Of a stretch of 64,000 nucleotides of DNA, positions 20,023 to 29,980 are shown in pieces (within the stretch, counting starts at the first letter, position 1; each line of letters starts with the position of its first letter). The notes beneath the pieces are model-generated. The model did not search any database. It had not been told where the DNA came from and saw only the letters and a list, made by a program, of their open reading frames with translations. Source of the DNA: an uncultured delta proteobacterium (GTDB lineage: Bacteria > Desulfobacterota > WTBG01); contig CAWCBP010000001.1 in assembly GCA_963793865.1 (NCBI GenBank), positions 390,816 to 454,815 on the forward strand, in the 5' to 3' direction. A program made the position numbers and the translations under genes.

Positions 20023-20685
20023 CTAAAACCGGCCGGGGGAGTGTTCCTTAACCCCCCTGAATGTCTTGCGATGGAGCGGGCAATAGCCGTGTTTGCGGAT
20101 GGCCTCGAGATGCTGCTGCGTCCCGTATCCCTTGTTGCCGGCAAAGTTATAGCAGGGGTAATGGCGGTGATAGATATCCATCATCCGGTCACGGATGACT
20201 TTTGCGATGATGGAGGCGGCGGCAATGGGAAGACTCAGGCTGTCCCCGTCTTTTACGGTTCTCTGGGAGGTGACGTCAGGAATGGAGTGTATGCCGTCGA
20301 CCAGTATGTAGTCGACCGGGCAGTTGAGCTGCGCGACCGCGCGGCCCATCGCTCTCAGGCTGGCCTGGAGGATGTTGATCCGGTCAATCTCCTCATGATC
20401 GATAATGCCGATGCCGACCGCGAGCGCGCCGCTCACGATCTCGGCATATGCCTTTTCGCGCTGGAGGGGGGTCAGTTTCTTGGAATCGTTGACGCCGGGG
20501 AAGGGATGGCGGGGTGGCAAAACAACCGCCGCGGCGACAACCGGACCGGCCAGTGGACCGCGGCCGGCTTCATCGACGCCGGCTACATACCGGTAACCTT
20601 TGCTGTAGAGAATGCTTTCCGGCGAGCTGTCATTAATAAGCATTTCAGGATGCGCATGCCCGGAAGAGGTTGCCCTGCAGGGCAA
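20023..20685 (-). CDS. rnhB: Ribonuclease HII
   Basis: YVAGVDEAGRGPLAGPVVAAAVVL and DSKKLT motifs. Confidence 0.9.
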   Translation of the reverse strand: MPCRATSSGHAHPEMLINDSSPESILYSKGYRYVAGVDEAGRGPLAGPVVAAAVVLPPRHPFPGVNDSKKLTPLQREKAYAEIVSGALAVGIGIIDHEEIDRINILQASLRAMGRAVAQLNCPVDYILVDGIHSIPDVTSQRTVKDGDSLSLPIAAASIIAKVIRDRMMDIYHRHYPCYNFAGNKGYGTQQHLEAIRKHGYCPLHRKTFRGVKEHSPGRF

Positions 20686-20693
20686 CCCGGATC

Positions 20694-21044
20694 TCAGGCT
20701 GTTTCAACCTTTCCCTTGATCCGTGCCGCTTTGCCTTTTAAAGCTCTCAGGTAATAGAGGCGTGATCGTCTCACTCTTCCCTGCTGCACCAGCTCGATTT
20801 TGTCAATGATCGGAGAGTGGAGGGGAAAGATCCTCTCGACGCCGACACCGTAGGAGATTTTCCTGATGGTGAAGCTGGCGCCGGATCCGCCCTTCTTCTT
20901 TTTTATCACGATCCCTTCGAAGACCTGTATCCTTTCCTTGTCCGCCTCCCGGATGCGCACGTGCACCCGCAACGTGTCGCCTGATTTAAAGGCGGGCAGG
21001 TCGGTCCTCATCTGTTCTTTTTCAAGTTGCTCGATCAAGTTCAT
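20694..21044 (-). CDS. rplS: 50S ribosomal protein L19
   Basis: 116 aa with [13 protein letters not shown]...[11 protein letters not shown]...[21 protein letters not shown]. Confidence 0.9.
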   Translation of the reverse strand: MNLIEQLEKEQMRTDLPAFKSGDTLRVHVRIREADKERIQVFEGIVIKKKKGGSGASFTIRKISYGVGVERIFPLHSPIIDKIELVQQGRVRRSRLYYLRALKGKAARIKGKVETA

Positions 21045-21140
21045 TGTCCTCTCTCCTCATTTATGCACAGTGCAACATTTGATTTCAAATTCGAAATTCG
21101 AATATCGAAACTCGAAACAAATTATTTCAAATAGGCCTGG

Positions 21141-21821
21141 TTACACGTCTGACAGCAGGTCCGGTCTTCGTTCCGCCGTTTTTTTCAGCGCCTGTTCGCG
21201 CCGCCACTGCTCAATCTCCGCGTGATTGCCCGACACCAGCACCTCGGGCACGCTCAATCCCCTGAAATCCCTGGGGCGGGTATAGTGGGGCGCCTCCAGC
21301 ATCGGCCGGGTAAAGGACTCTTCAGCCAGGGCGCTGCCGTCGCCGATTACCCCCGGCACCTGACGCGATACGGCGTCAATGATGACCATGGCCGCCAGCT
21401 CGCCGCCGGTCAAAATGTAATCCCCGATGGAAAGCTCCTCGTCGACGAAAGAGCGCACCCGCTCGTCGACGCCTTCATAGTGCCCGCAGACCAGGTTCAG
21501 GGCTTCACAGTCCGCAAGCCTCACCGCATCCTTCTGGGTGAACCGCTTTCCCTGCGGGGTCATCAGCACCGTCCTGCTTCCGGGGTATGAGGCCCGCATG
21601 GCCTCGATGGCGGCAACCAGGGGCTCCGGTTTCATGACCATTCCCCCGCCCCCGCCGTAGGCCAAATCATCGGTTACGCGGTGTTTGTCTGTGCAAAAAT
21701 CCCGCAAGTTCCTCGGCTCAATGGCAATCAGCCCCCGTTCCCGCGCCCGCTTGAGCATGCTCGCGTTAAACGGGTCGCCGAACATTTCCGGAAACAGGGT
21801 GATGATGTTAAACTGGATCAT
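21141..21821 (-). CDS. trmD: tRNA (guanine37-N1)-methyltransferase
   Basis: [14 protein letters not shown] start. [13 protein letters not shown] and HYEGVDERV motifs. Confidence 0.9.
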   Translation of the reverse strand: MIQFNIITLFPEMFGDPFNASMLKRARERGLIAIEPRNLRDFCTDKHRVTDDLAYGGGGGMVMKPEPLVAAIEAMRASYPGSRTVLMTPQGKRFTQKDAVRLADCEALNLVCGHYEGVDERVRSFVDEELSIGDYILTGGELAAMVIIDAVSRQVPGVIGDGSALAEESFTRPMLEAPHYTRPRDFRGLSVPEVLVSGNHAEIEQWRREQALKKTAERRPDLLSDV

Positions 21822-21860
21822 GATGAAGCCGGTGCCACGCTCGCAGGCAGCAGGGGGTGC

Positions 21861-22091
21861 CTACTCGATAATTTCCAGGATGGTTCTCTTTTTTTCCTTG
21901 GTGGAGGCGGCGCTGAGTATGGTCCGCATCGCCCGGGCGGTCTTGCCCTGCTTGCCAATGACTTTCCCCAGGTCCTCCTTGTTAACGCTCAGCTCGATGA
22001 CCGACGTTCTTTCACCTTCCACCTCTGTAACCTTGACCGCCTCAGGATGATCGACCAGCGATTTAGCGATGTACTCAATCAGTTCCTTCAT
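21861..22091 (-). CDS. KH-domain RNA-binding protein (UPF0109, YlqC-like)
   Basis: 76 aa from [13 protein letters not shown], with [25 protein letters not shown] Shine-Dalgarno lies 5 nt upstream of the ATG at 22091. Confidence 0.7.
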   Translation of the reverse strand: MKELIEYIAKSLVDHPEAVKVTEVEGERTSVIELSVNKEDLGKVIGKQGKTARAMRTILSAASTKEKKRTILEIIE

Positions 22092-22179
22092 CTCGGTATC
22101 CTCCGCTACAGGTGCACATTGACCGTCACGGCCAAAAGACCGCATGCAGGGTGAACATGCGAAAAAGTCCGGGGAGGCT

Positions 22180-22449
22180 TTATTCCGCTTTGGCTTCCGC
22201 CGCGGGCACCGCCACGACCGCTTTCTTGATGAGCTGCTTCACGGTCTGGGTCGGCTGCGCGCCCTTCCTGATCCACTCGGCGATGCGGGCGGCGTTCAAA
22301 ACCACCGCGGGCGGATTCGCGCGGGGATCGTAGGTTCCCACCCGCTCGATGAACCGTCCGTTCCTGGGGCAGACGCCGTCAGCAACAACGATGCGGTAGA
22401 AGGGTTTCTTGTGTGCGCCAAAACGGGCTAATCTGATTTTTACTGACAT
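22180..22449 (-). CDS. rpsP: 30S ribosomal protein S16
   Basis: [24 protein letters not shown] start. Confidence 0.9.
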   Translation of the reverse strand: MSVKIRLARFGAHKKPFYRIVVADGVCPRNGRFIERVGTYDPRANPPAVVLNAARIAEWIRKGAQPTQTVKQLIKKAVVAVPAAEAKAE

Positions 22450-22473
22450 CTTCTTTGCACCTCATAAAAATAG

Positions 22474-23802
22474 CTAGGGGTTGAATAGCATCCTGCCCAT
22501 GTTTCTCATTTTTCCCTTGGTGAAGCCCTTCATCAGCTTGCGGGTCTGCATGTACTGCTTGATGAGCTTGTTGACCTCCTGAACGGTGGTGCCGCTGCCG
22601 TCCGCGATCCGCTTGCGCCGGCTGCCGTTGAGCAGCGAGGGATACAGACGCTCCCTGACGGTCATGGAGTTGAGAATGGCCTCCATCCTGAGCAGCTGCC
22701 GGTCATCGATCTGCATGGTGGAGAGGGCCTTGCTGTTAATGCCCGGGATCATGCCCAGGATGTCCTGCAGAGGCCCCATCTTTTTTATCTGCTGAAAGCT
22801 GTTCCTGAAATCATCGAGGGTGAATCCATCCTTGCGGATCTTCTTTTCCAGGTCCTCCGCCTGCTCGGCGTCGAACGTGGCCTCGGCCTTCTCGATGAGC
22901 GATAGCATGTCGCCCATCCCCAGGATGCGGGAAGCCATCCGTTCGGGATGAAACACCTCCAGCGCGTCCAGTTTTTCACCCGTGCCGATAAACTTGATCG
23001 GCTTTTGGGTGACCGCCCGGATGGAGAGCGCGGCGCCGCCGCGGGCATCGCCATCCATTTTCGTCAGTATAACACCGTCAATGCTGAGAAGCTCGTTAAA
23101 TTTTCCCGCCACGCTGACCGCTTCCTGCCCGGTCATGGCGTCGGCAACAAACAGTATCTCCCCGGGGGTCGTCTCCCGCTTGATTTCGGCCAGCTCCTCC
23201 ATCAACTTTTCGTCGATGTGCCACCTGCCCGCCGTGTCAATCAGCACCACGGTGAAGCCTTTCATGCGGGCTGCCGCCAGGGCGTCCCGGCAGATGACCC
23301 GGGGCTTCTGCCGCTCATCGGAGGGAAACACCTCGATGCCGAGCTGCTTTCCCAGGGTGGTGAGCTGGGCAATGGCCGCGGGGCGGTACACGTCCGCGGG
23401 GACCAAAAGCGGATTGTGGTGCTGCTCCCGCAGCAGGCGGGCCAGCTTGCCGATGGTGGTGGTCTTGCCGGAACCCTGCAGGCCCACGACCATGATGACA
23501 TGGGGACCTTTTCCCGACAGGGAAAGGCGGCTTTCCCCGCTGCCCATGAGCGCAATAAGCTCGTCCCGGACAATCTTTATAAACTGCTGGGCGGGGGTCA
23601 GGCTCTTCAACACCTCCTGGCCCAGGGCCTTGCCCTTGACGCTCTCGATAAAACCTTTAACCACCCTGAAGTTGACGTCGGCCTCGAGCAGGGTGATGCG
23701 GACTTCCTTGAGGGCCTCCTCGATGTTCCCCTCGCTGAGCCTGCCGTGGCCCCTCAGGCGCTTAAAGGTCTGGTTCAGCTTCTCGGTAAGATTTTCAAAC
23801 AT
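22474..23802 (-). CDS. ffh: Signal recognition particle protein Ffh
   Basis: NG domain GLQGSGKTTT, DTAGR. The C-terminal M domain is Met-rich. Confidence 0.9.
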   Translation of the reverse strand: MFENLTEKLNQTFKRLRGHGRLSEGNIEEALKEVRITLLEADVNFRVVKGFIESVKGKALGQEVLKSLTPAQQFIKIVRDELIALMGSGESRLSLSGKGPHVIMVVGLQGSGKTTTIGKLARLLREQHHNPLLVPADVYRPAAIAQLTTLGKQLGIEVFPSDERQKPRVICRDALAAARMKGFTVVLIDTAGRWHIDEKLMEELAEIKRETTPGEILFVADAMTGQEAVSVAGKFNELLSIDGVILTKMDGDARGGAALSIRAVTQKPIKFIGTGEKLDALEVFHPERMASRILGMGDMLSLIEKAEATFDAEQAEDLEKKIRKDGFTLDDFRNSFQQIKKMGPLQDILGMIPGINSKALSTMQIDDRQLLRMEAILNSMTVRERLYPSLLNGSRRKRIADGSGTTVQEVNKLIKQYMQTRKLMKGFTKGKMRNMGRMLFNP

Positions 23803-23898
23803 GCACGACGCAGTCTTTTTTGGTTGGTAAAACTTAATAACCCTGCAATATAAAATTATTTTTTCGTCTTTGTCAAGCGATATTTTCTTTCATAGAGG

Positions 23899-23927
23899 TT
23901 GACAATGCCTTTGTGAATGTGGATAAT
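23899..23927 (+). promoter_or_regulatory. Candidate sigma-70 promoter for ald: TTGACA-17 nt-GATAAT
   Basis: -35 TTGACA at 23899-23904. The -10 GATAAT is at 23922-23927. It lies 56 nt upstream of the ald ATG. Confidence 0.4.
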
Positions 23928-23982
23928 TCCCGGCACGTTGGACAGCATCGGTATCATACATCTCATTGAACAGGAGCGGCAT

Positions 23983-25098
23983 ATGATTATAGGGGTTCCC
24001 AAGGAAATCAAGCCTGAGGAAAGAAGGGTTGCCATGACTCCCGACGGGGTCGCGCGCCTGGTCGGTCACGGCCACCGGGTGATAATCGAGCACAATGCCG
24101 GCGCGGGCAGCGGCATTTCCGACGCCGCCTTCAAGGAGGCCGGGGCGGTTATAAAGCGCACTCCCAAGGAGCTGTGGCGCGATGCGGACATGATCCTCAA
24201 GGTAAAGGAGCCGCTGGAGCCGGAGATTGCCCTCGCGCGTGAGGGGCAGATCGTGTTTACCTTTTTTCACCTTGCCGCTGACAGGCGCCTGACGGTATCG
24301 CTGCTCAGGACAAAGATTGTAGGCATTGCCTACGAGACGGTCCAGCTTTCCGACGGCAGCCTGCCGATTCTGAGGTCCATGAGCGAAATCGCCGGGTATC
24401 TGGCGGTGCAGCTGGCGGCGCGCGGGCTGGAAGCGCGCAATGGAGGCAGGGGAATTGTAATGGGCGGCATTCCCGGTTTATCACCCGCCCGCGTCACCAT
24501 CGTGGGCGGGGGGAGCACCGGGGTCCGCGCCGCGGAGGCGGCCGCGGGCATGGGCGCGCGGGTGACCATCCTGGAAATCAACCGGAAAAGAATCGGCGAG
24601 CTTCGGGAGATGCTGGGTGATCGCGTGCATGTCAGGCCTCCCGCGACCCGGGACGTTGAGCATGATGTGACACACGCTGACGTGGTGATAGGAGCCCTTT
24701 TGAGCCCCGGGGCCAGGGCTTCCAAGGTGGTGACCAGGGCAATGGTGAAAAAGATGCAGCCGGGCGCGGTCATTGTCGATGTCGCCGTGGACCAGGGCGG
24801 CTGCTGTGAAACCATCCGTCCCACCACCCATGACAAACCCTTCTACATTCTTGACGGCGTGGTGCACTGCGGGATAACCAACATGCCCAGCGCGGTGCCG
24901 CGCTCCTCAACCCTGGCATTGACCAAGGAAAGCCTTCCCTTTGCCCTGGAGATTGCGGATAAGGGATACCGCGCCGCCGCACGGGAAAATCCCGCCATCA
25001 TGAAGGGTATCAACCTGCTCGAGGGAAAGCTGACCAACCCCGCGGTTGCCAGGGCCTTCGGCATGGCCTATCATGAATTCAAGGGCACATCCCTGTAG
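23983..25098 (+). CDS. ald: Alanine dehydrogenase (AlaDH/PNT family)
   Basis: MIIGVPKEIKPEERRVAMTPDGV start. Rossmann motif VTIVGGGSTGVRAAE. An AGGAG Shine-Dalgarno precedes the ATG at 23983. Confidence 0.8.
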   Translation: MIIGVPKEIKPEERRVAMTPDGVARLVGHGHRVIIEHNAGAGSGISDAAFKEAGAVIKRTPKELWRDADMILKVKEPLEPEIALAREGQIVFTFFHLAADRRLTVSLLRTKIVGIAYETVQLSDGSLPILRSMSEIAGYLAVQLAARGLEARNGGRGIVMGGIPGLSPARVTIVGGGSTGVRAAEAAAGMGARVTILEINRKRIGELREMLGDRVHVRPPATRDVEHDVTHADVVIGALLSPGARASKVVTRAMVKKMQPGAVIVDVAVDQGGCCETIRPTTHDKPFYILDGVVHCGITNMPSAVPRSSTLALTKESLPFALEIADKGYRAAARENPAIMKGINLLEGKLTNPAVARAFGMAYHEFKGTSL

Positions 25099-26399
25099 AC
25101 GGCCCACACCGCATCGCCTTCAAGTCTGCCGGCGGTTACCGTGACCTCATGGTTGCGGAGGGCGGCCGGTCCCTCAAAGACAACGGGGATGTAGTTGGTT
25201 GACCATCCCCGCACGTGCCCGGGCAGGCCGTCTGCCCGGCCCTCAACCAGCACGCTTAATTCCCTGCCCAGCGAGGCCGCATAAAATGCCTTTCTCTTCC
25301 CGGCGCCGATGTCTCTCAGGACGGCGCTCCGGGCCTTTATGGTCTGCTGCGGCACCTGTCCGGGAAAATCCGCGGCGGCCGTTTTCTCTCTTCGCGAGTA
25401 GGGAAACACATGCGCGTAGCTGATGGGGAGCGACTCAAGCATGGCGCAGGTTGAGCGGAACTGTGCATCGGTTTCCCCGGGAAACCCGGCTATGAGATCG
25501 GTGCCCAGGCAGAGGTGGGGGATGGCTGCATGCAGCGCGTGAGCGAGCGCTCTGAAATCGGCCACCCGGTAGGGCCGGTTCATGAGCTTGAGAATTCCGT
25601 CATCACCGCTTTGCAGGGGAAGGTGCAGGTGGGGGCAGATGGTCCGGGATGCGGCGAGGAAGGCAATAAGATCCGTGCTTACATCCATCGGCTCAAGGGA
25701 GCTCAAGCGCACGCGGGGCACCGGCTTATCGCGATCGATTGCTTTCAGCAGCGAGAGCAGGCTGCTGCGGGGAGTGAGGTCGATCCCGTAGGCGCCCAGG
25801 TGAATGCCGCTTAAGACGACTTCCCTGAAGCCGGCCTCGCTCAGCGTACAGAGCCGCGTGAGCACTTCATCAGGGGGCAGGCTGCGGTACCTGCCGCGCG
25901 CGAAGGGAACGATGCAGTAGCTGCAGAATGACTCGCACCCGTCCTGGATCTTCAGAAAGGCCCTGGTGTGGTCCGGGAAGGAGTGCAGGGGAGGGTCCTT
26001 GAAGCAGGTCTCCCGGTTGGGGTCAGCGACGATGATCGCCGCCGGAGATGCGCTACTGAGCCGGTCGACGAAGTCGGCTATGCCGTGCTTTTCAGCGTTG
26101 CCCAGCACCAGGGAGACGCCGGGCATCTGCGCCGGCACATCCGGCGAGACCTGGGCATAGCAGCCGGTGACGATGATCCGTGCCGCGGGATTGGCCTTGC
26201 GCGCCCGGCGGATGAGCTGGCGCGACTGGTAATCGGTTTTCCCGGTGACGGTGCAGGTGTTGATGATGTAAATATCCGCCTTTGACCGGAAGGCGGTGAT
26301 GCGGTACCCCCGCGCGGCAAGGGCTTCCTTCATCGCCGCCGATTCGTACTGATTGACCTTGCAGCCCAGGGTGGTTATCGCAACGGTTGTGGTCTTCAT
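25071..26399 (-). CDS. Radical-SAM methylthiotransferase of the MiaB/MtaB family (MtaB-like)
   Basis: N-terminal MTTase domain TLGCKVNQYES..INTCTV. The radical-SAM CxxxCxxC motif is ESFCSYCIVP. Confidence 0.7.
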   Translation of the reverse strand: MKTTTVAITTLGCKVNQYESAAMKEALAARGYRITAFRSKADIYIINTCTVTGKTDYQSRQLIRRARKANPAARIIVTGCYAQVSPDVPAQMPGVSLVLGNAEKHGIADFVDRLSSASPAAIIVADPNRETCFKDPPLHSFPDHTRAFLKIQDGCESFCSYCIVPFARGRYRSLPPDEVLTRLCTLSEAGFREVVLSGIHLGAYGIDLTPRSSLLSLLKAIDRDKPVPRVRLSSLEPMDVSTDLIAFLAASRTICPHLHLPLQSGDDGILKLMNRPYRVADFRALAHALHAAIPHLCLGTDLIAGFPGETDAQFRSTCAMLESLPISYAHVFPYSRREKTAAADFPGQVPQQTIKARSAVLRDIGAGKRKAFYAASLGRELSVLVEGRADGLPGHVRGWSTNYIPVVFEGPAALRNHEVTVTAGRLEGDAVWAVYRDVPLNS

Positions 26400-26435
26400 G
26401 GTTCAATCGGGTTGAGGTTCGATACGAATCGACGC

Positions 26436-26790
26436 GAACGTCCAACATCGAACATCCAACGTTCAACATTCAATGCAAGACACTTTTCCTTCACTCAAGG
26501 TTAGTTGGTGCAGCCCATAAAATTTACACAATTGTTAACCCTGATTCTGCTGAAAAGCAAGTGAAAGAATGGCACCGAATTGTAAAAGTGCTTGATTAGG
26601 ATTACCGGCTATGCTATGAGGCTGACCTTGTTGGAGATGAGAGTCAGGAAACAGGATCAGAAGGAAAACATCGAATACAAACGTCCACCATCGAACGTCT
26701 CAACGTTCAACGTCCAATAAAAGGCCCGTTTCCTTCGTTCGACGTTGGATGTTGGAAGTTGAACGTTCAACGTTCATCTTTTTTTCATAT
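26436..26790. repeat. Hairpin-repeat family 2: left arm CGTCCAACATCGAACATCCAACGTTCAAC (26436-26475), and a ~110-nt long imperfect hairpin (26677-26785) built from CGTCCA(A/C)CATCGAACGTC..CAACGTTCAACG and its inverted copy GTTCGACGTTGGATGTTGGAAGTTGAACGTTCAACGTTCATC
   Basis: Self-complementarity and recurrence at 32972-33069, 49951-50108 and (partial) 46240-46280. Confidence 0.65.
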
Positions 26791-26832
26791 TTACTGATGC
26801 CCGCAAGGGACAGATGCCTCACAAGGTGATTT

Positions 26833-28188
26833 ATGGCTACCGTGGCTGCTTTTAAAGGGGTGCTGTACAATCCGGAGCGGGCGGGGGAGTTGAGCAGGGT
26901 TACCGCGCCTCCCTACGATATTATTTCGCCCGCGCAGCAGGAAGGATACTACAACGACAGTCCCTACAATATTATCAGGCTGATACTGGGAAAGCAGCAT
27001 CCTGAGGATTCTGAAACGGACAACCGCTATACCCGCGCCGCCGCCTTTTTCAAAGCGTGGCAGGAGGAATCGGTGCTCAAGCGGGATGCCGTTCCCGGCC
27101 TCTATTTTTATCACCAGGAATTTTCCGGCGGGGAAGAAGGAAGGTTGACCCGCGACGGCTTCATCGCCCTGGTCCGTCTCGAGGAGCGGGAAGAGGGGGT
27201 GATCATCCCTCACGAAAAGACCCTGGACCAGCCCAAGCAGGACCGGCTCAGGCTGATGAAGGCCTGCTCGGCAAATTTCAGCTCCATCTTTTCCCTCTAC
27301 TCCGATCCCGGCGATGATATCAACCGCATGCTCAAAGGGGCTGCTGCCGATTCCTCACCCATGGAAGCGACCGACCATGATCAAACCCTGCATCAGCTCC
27401 GGCGGGTCTCCGACCCCGGCATTATCCGGGAGGTGGCGCGGCGGCTGAGCGGCCAGTCACTGTTTATCGCGGATGGTCACCATCGCTACGAGACGGCGCT
27501 TAACTACCGCCGCTGGCTGCGGGAAAGCAATCCCCGGCATACGGGGAGGGAATCCTACAACTATGTGATGATGTACCTGACCCCGCTCCAGGGCCGGGGC
27601 CTGCTCATACTCCCCTATCATCGTGTCATTCAGCACATAAAGTCATTTGAATTTGAAGGGTTCGAGCGCAAACTTCAACAATATTTTGATGTTGCTCGGG
27701 TGGCCATTGACGGCGACAATCCACAGGCATCATTGAACGCCTTTCTGGCCCGGCTGCGCGAAGAAGGTAAAAAACGTCCCGCCTTCGGTATGTACGGCCT
27801 GAATCAGACATGCTATCACCTGCTGACGCTCAAGGAGGGGGTGTACTCGTCCCTGAGTGATGATGAAACCGGTTCGGCGTCCCTGAAGAAGCTGGATGTC
27901 AATGTTATCGAGACCTTTATTTTCAAGCAGGCGCTGGGCATAACCAGCAAGGACCTGCAGATGGAGGGGAACATTACCTACGTGCATCACGACACTGAAT
28001 GCCTGGAACTGGTGAAAGACAAGGGGTATCAGCTGGCGTTCATCATGAATCCGACCAGGGCGGAGGAAATCCAGGACATCGCCGGCAGGGGAGAAACCAT
28101 GCCCCAGAAATCCACCTTTTTCTACCCCAAGCTGTTAAGCGGACTGGTGATGAACCGGATTGTCCCGGGAGAGATGATTGAGCCTTGA
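26833..28188 (+). CDS. DUF1015 family protein
   Basis: 451 aa with the N-terminal FKGVLYNPERAG...APPYDIIS signature region. Confidence 0.7.
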   Translation: MATVAAFKGVLYNPERAGELSRVTAPPYDIISPAQQEGYYNDSPYNIIRLILGKQHPEDSETDNRYTRAAAFFKAWQEESVLKRDAVPGLYFYHQEFSGGEEGRLTRDGFIALVRLEEREEGVIIPHEKTLDQPKQDRLRLMKACSANFSSIFSLYSDPGDDINRMLKGAAADSSPMEATDHDQTLHQLRRVSDPGIIREVARRLSGQSLFIADGHHRYETALNYRRWLRESNPRHTGRESYNYVMMYLTPLQGRGLLILPYHRVIQHIKSFEFEGFERKLQQYFDVARVAIDGDNPQASLNAFLARLREEGKKRPAFGMYGLNQTCYHLLTLKEGVYSSLSDDETGSASLKKLDVNVIETFIFKQALGITSKDLQMEGNITYVHHDTECLELVKDKGYQLAFIMNPTRAEEIQDIAGRGETMPQKSTFFYPKLLSGLVMNRIVPGEMIEP

Positions 28189-28934
28189 TAAAGATGGAAA
28201 GCCTCGTCGGGGAAGATGAAAAGCTTGATGAGCTCTTTGACGGCCGCATCCGCATCATTCAGAAAAAAGCAGGCTACCGGTTTTCACTGGATGCCGTTCT
28301 GCTCGCCCATTTCGCCGCTCGCATTCCCGCCGCTTCCGTCATCGACCTGGGCACGGGAAGCGGCATTGTCCCGCTCATCCTGGCCCGGAAGTCGGCGTCC
28401 GCAAAGATAACCGGAGTCGAGGTGCAGCCCGGCCTGGCCGACATGGCGCGGCGCAGCATCGAGCTTAACGGCCTGAGCGGGCGGGTTGCCATCGCGCGGG
28501 GCGACATCCGCGAGCTTGCCGCCGTCTTCCCTTCAGCATCGTTTGACCTGGTTGTGAGCAACCCTCCCTACTATCCCCTGGACAACGGACGAATCAATCC
28601 CCACCAGGAAAAGGCCATTGCCCGCCATGAGATCAAGGCCACGGTAGAGGATGTCATCAGGGTTGCGCATTACCTGGCGGCCGACTCCGGTTCCGTGCTG
28701 ATAATCTTCCCCGCGAAGCGGCTTATCCAGCTGTTGTACGCCTTTAAGACGGCCGGCCTTAAGCCCCGATGTTTAAGGATTATTTACAGCCGGCTTTCCG
28801 GCGAGGCCAAGCTGGTCCTGGTTGAGGGGTGCAGGGGAGGGAACCCGGAGCTGGAGATAGCCGGGCCGTTCAGCATCTACGGGGCTGACGGGGAATACTC
28901 GGCGGAGATGAAAGCGATTTATGAGGGGCTGTAA
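28185..28934 (+). CDS. N6-adenine-specific methyltransferase of the TrmN6/YfiC type
   Basis: SAM motif VIDLGTGSGIVPL and catalytic SNPPYY. Its start overlaps the DUF1015 stop by 4 nt. Confidence 0.65.
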   Translation: MIKMESLVGEDEKLDELFDGRIRIIQKKAGYRFSLDAVLLAHFAARIPAASVIDLGTGSGIVPLILARKSASAKITGVEVQPGLADMARRSIELNGLSGRVAIARGDIRELAAVFPSASFDLVVSNPPYYPLDNGRINPHQEKAIARHEIKATVEDVIRVAHYLAADSGSVLIIFPAKRLIQLLYAFKTAGLKPRCLRIIYSRLSGEAKLVLVEGCRGGNPELEIAGPFSIYGADGEYSAEMKAIYEGL

Positions 28935-28941
28935 GCGGTGT

Positions 28942-29265
28942 TTATTCTTCCCTGGTGACTTCGCCGATGCGGAAGCGGATGTCGCTGATCACCCTTTCCC
29001 CGATCCGCTCGTTGATCCGCTCGACGATCTGCCGCTTCATGAATTCCAGCTGCTGCATCCAGGTTGAGTTGGAAACGTTCACCCAGAGAACCATGGCGCG
29101 TATCTGCCCGGGCAGGGTCTGGCGGGCTATGGCGTCCCCCACCACGCTGTCCCATTCATCCCAGATCCGGTACTGCTTTACCTTGATACCCAGGTTGAGC
29201 GAGCTCAGCACGCGTTCCAGCACGCTGTTAACCTGTTCGGGGGCCTTCGATTTCCTCTGTTTCAT
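28942..29265 (-). CDS. DUF721 (DciA-like) protein
   Basis: ~107 aa from MKQRKSK. The longer ORF to 29355 adds 30 non-conserved residues. Confidence 0.5.
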   Translation of the reverse strand: MKQRKSKAPEQVNSVLERVLSSLNLGIKVKQYRIWDEWDSVVGDAIARQTLPGQIRAMVLWVNVSNSTWMQQLEFMKRQIVERINERIGERVISDIRFRIGEVTREE

Positions 29266-29521
29266 GCGGCGATCCTTCTCCTCATGTGTTTGCCATGTTC
29301 TATCAGAGCCGGGAGGATTTATAAAGCAAATTGTAAAAGGTGTATTGCCATGCACCCTGCATTAAGGAAAGAGCGGGCGGCTGGTGACACTAAACAGTAT
29401 ACCTCATATACAAAAACAATGATTGCCGGCTGTTTTAAAAATTGACTTTGTTTTCTGTTTTCTGTATTGTTGCAGTCGTCGCTCCATGTTTTGCTTCGCA
29501 CATTGACAAAATGGTACGGAT

Positions 29522-29848
29522 ATGGCTGACTGGAGAAAGCACCCCCGGCTGGAGTTCGGCATCAAGGTGATCAACAAGGAAACCAAGGCGGTTGCCGCCA
29601 TGTCGGATATTTCAGTAGGAGGGTGTTTTGTCAAAGAGTCAGAGGGGTTTCCCGTCCTGCCCATCGATACCAGGATACCGCTGGCGTTTGAAATACCCGG
29701 CAAGGACGAGTACGAAGATATCTACATCGAGGTTGAGGGCAGGGTTGTGCACCACGGTAAGGAGGGAAACGGCATGGGCATCAACTTCGTGATGGTTGAG
29801 CCTGCTGCCGCAAATATAATTAGCAACTTTGTCAAGGCCTACCTCTAG
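29522..29848 (+). CDS. PilZ-domain protein (putative c-di-GMP receptor)
   Basis: RKHPRLEF...DISVGGCFV and GINFVMVEP motifs. Confidence 0.7.
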   Translation: MADWRKHPRLEFGIKVINKETKAVAAMSDISVGGCFVKESEGFPVLPIDTRIPLAFEIPGKDEYEDIYIEVEGRVVHHGKEGNGMGINFVMVEPAAANIISNFVKAYL

Positions 29849-29973
29849 CAGGCTGGTGAAAAACACCCATCTGCTTCGTTACGTTCATCCTTCGTCATTG
29901 CAGCGTACGGGATAGTACGCCTCATTCCTCAGGATTTCACGTGCCTTGCATCTGGATGTTTTTGACCAGCCTG
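29849..29973 (+). repeat. 125-nt element with ~20-bp terminal inverted repeat (CAGGCTGGTGAAAAACACCC...GGATGTTTTTGACCAGCCTG); second copy at 35693-35820
   Basis: Two copies share ~90% identity. Each begins right at the stop codon of a plus-strand gene and lies in a convergent intergenic gap. One base pair in the outer stem shows compensatory change between copies (G:C vs T:A at stem position 8). Confidence 0.6.
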
Positions 29974-29980
29974 AGGAAAA

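Noticed and set aside
22948-23853. Plus-strand ORFs 22948-23853 and 22982-23830 opposite ffh
   Set aside because: Antisense to a highly conserved gene, with Arg/Ala/Gly-rich low-complexity translation typical of GC-rich antisense frames.
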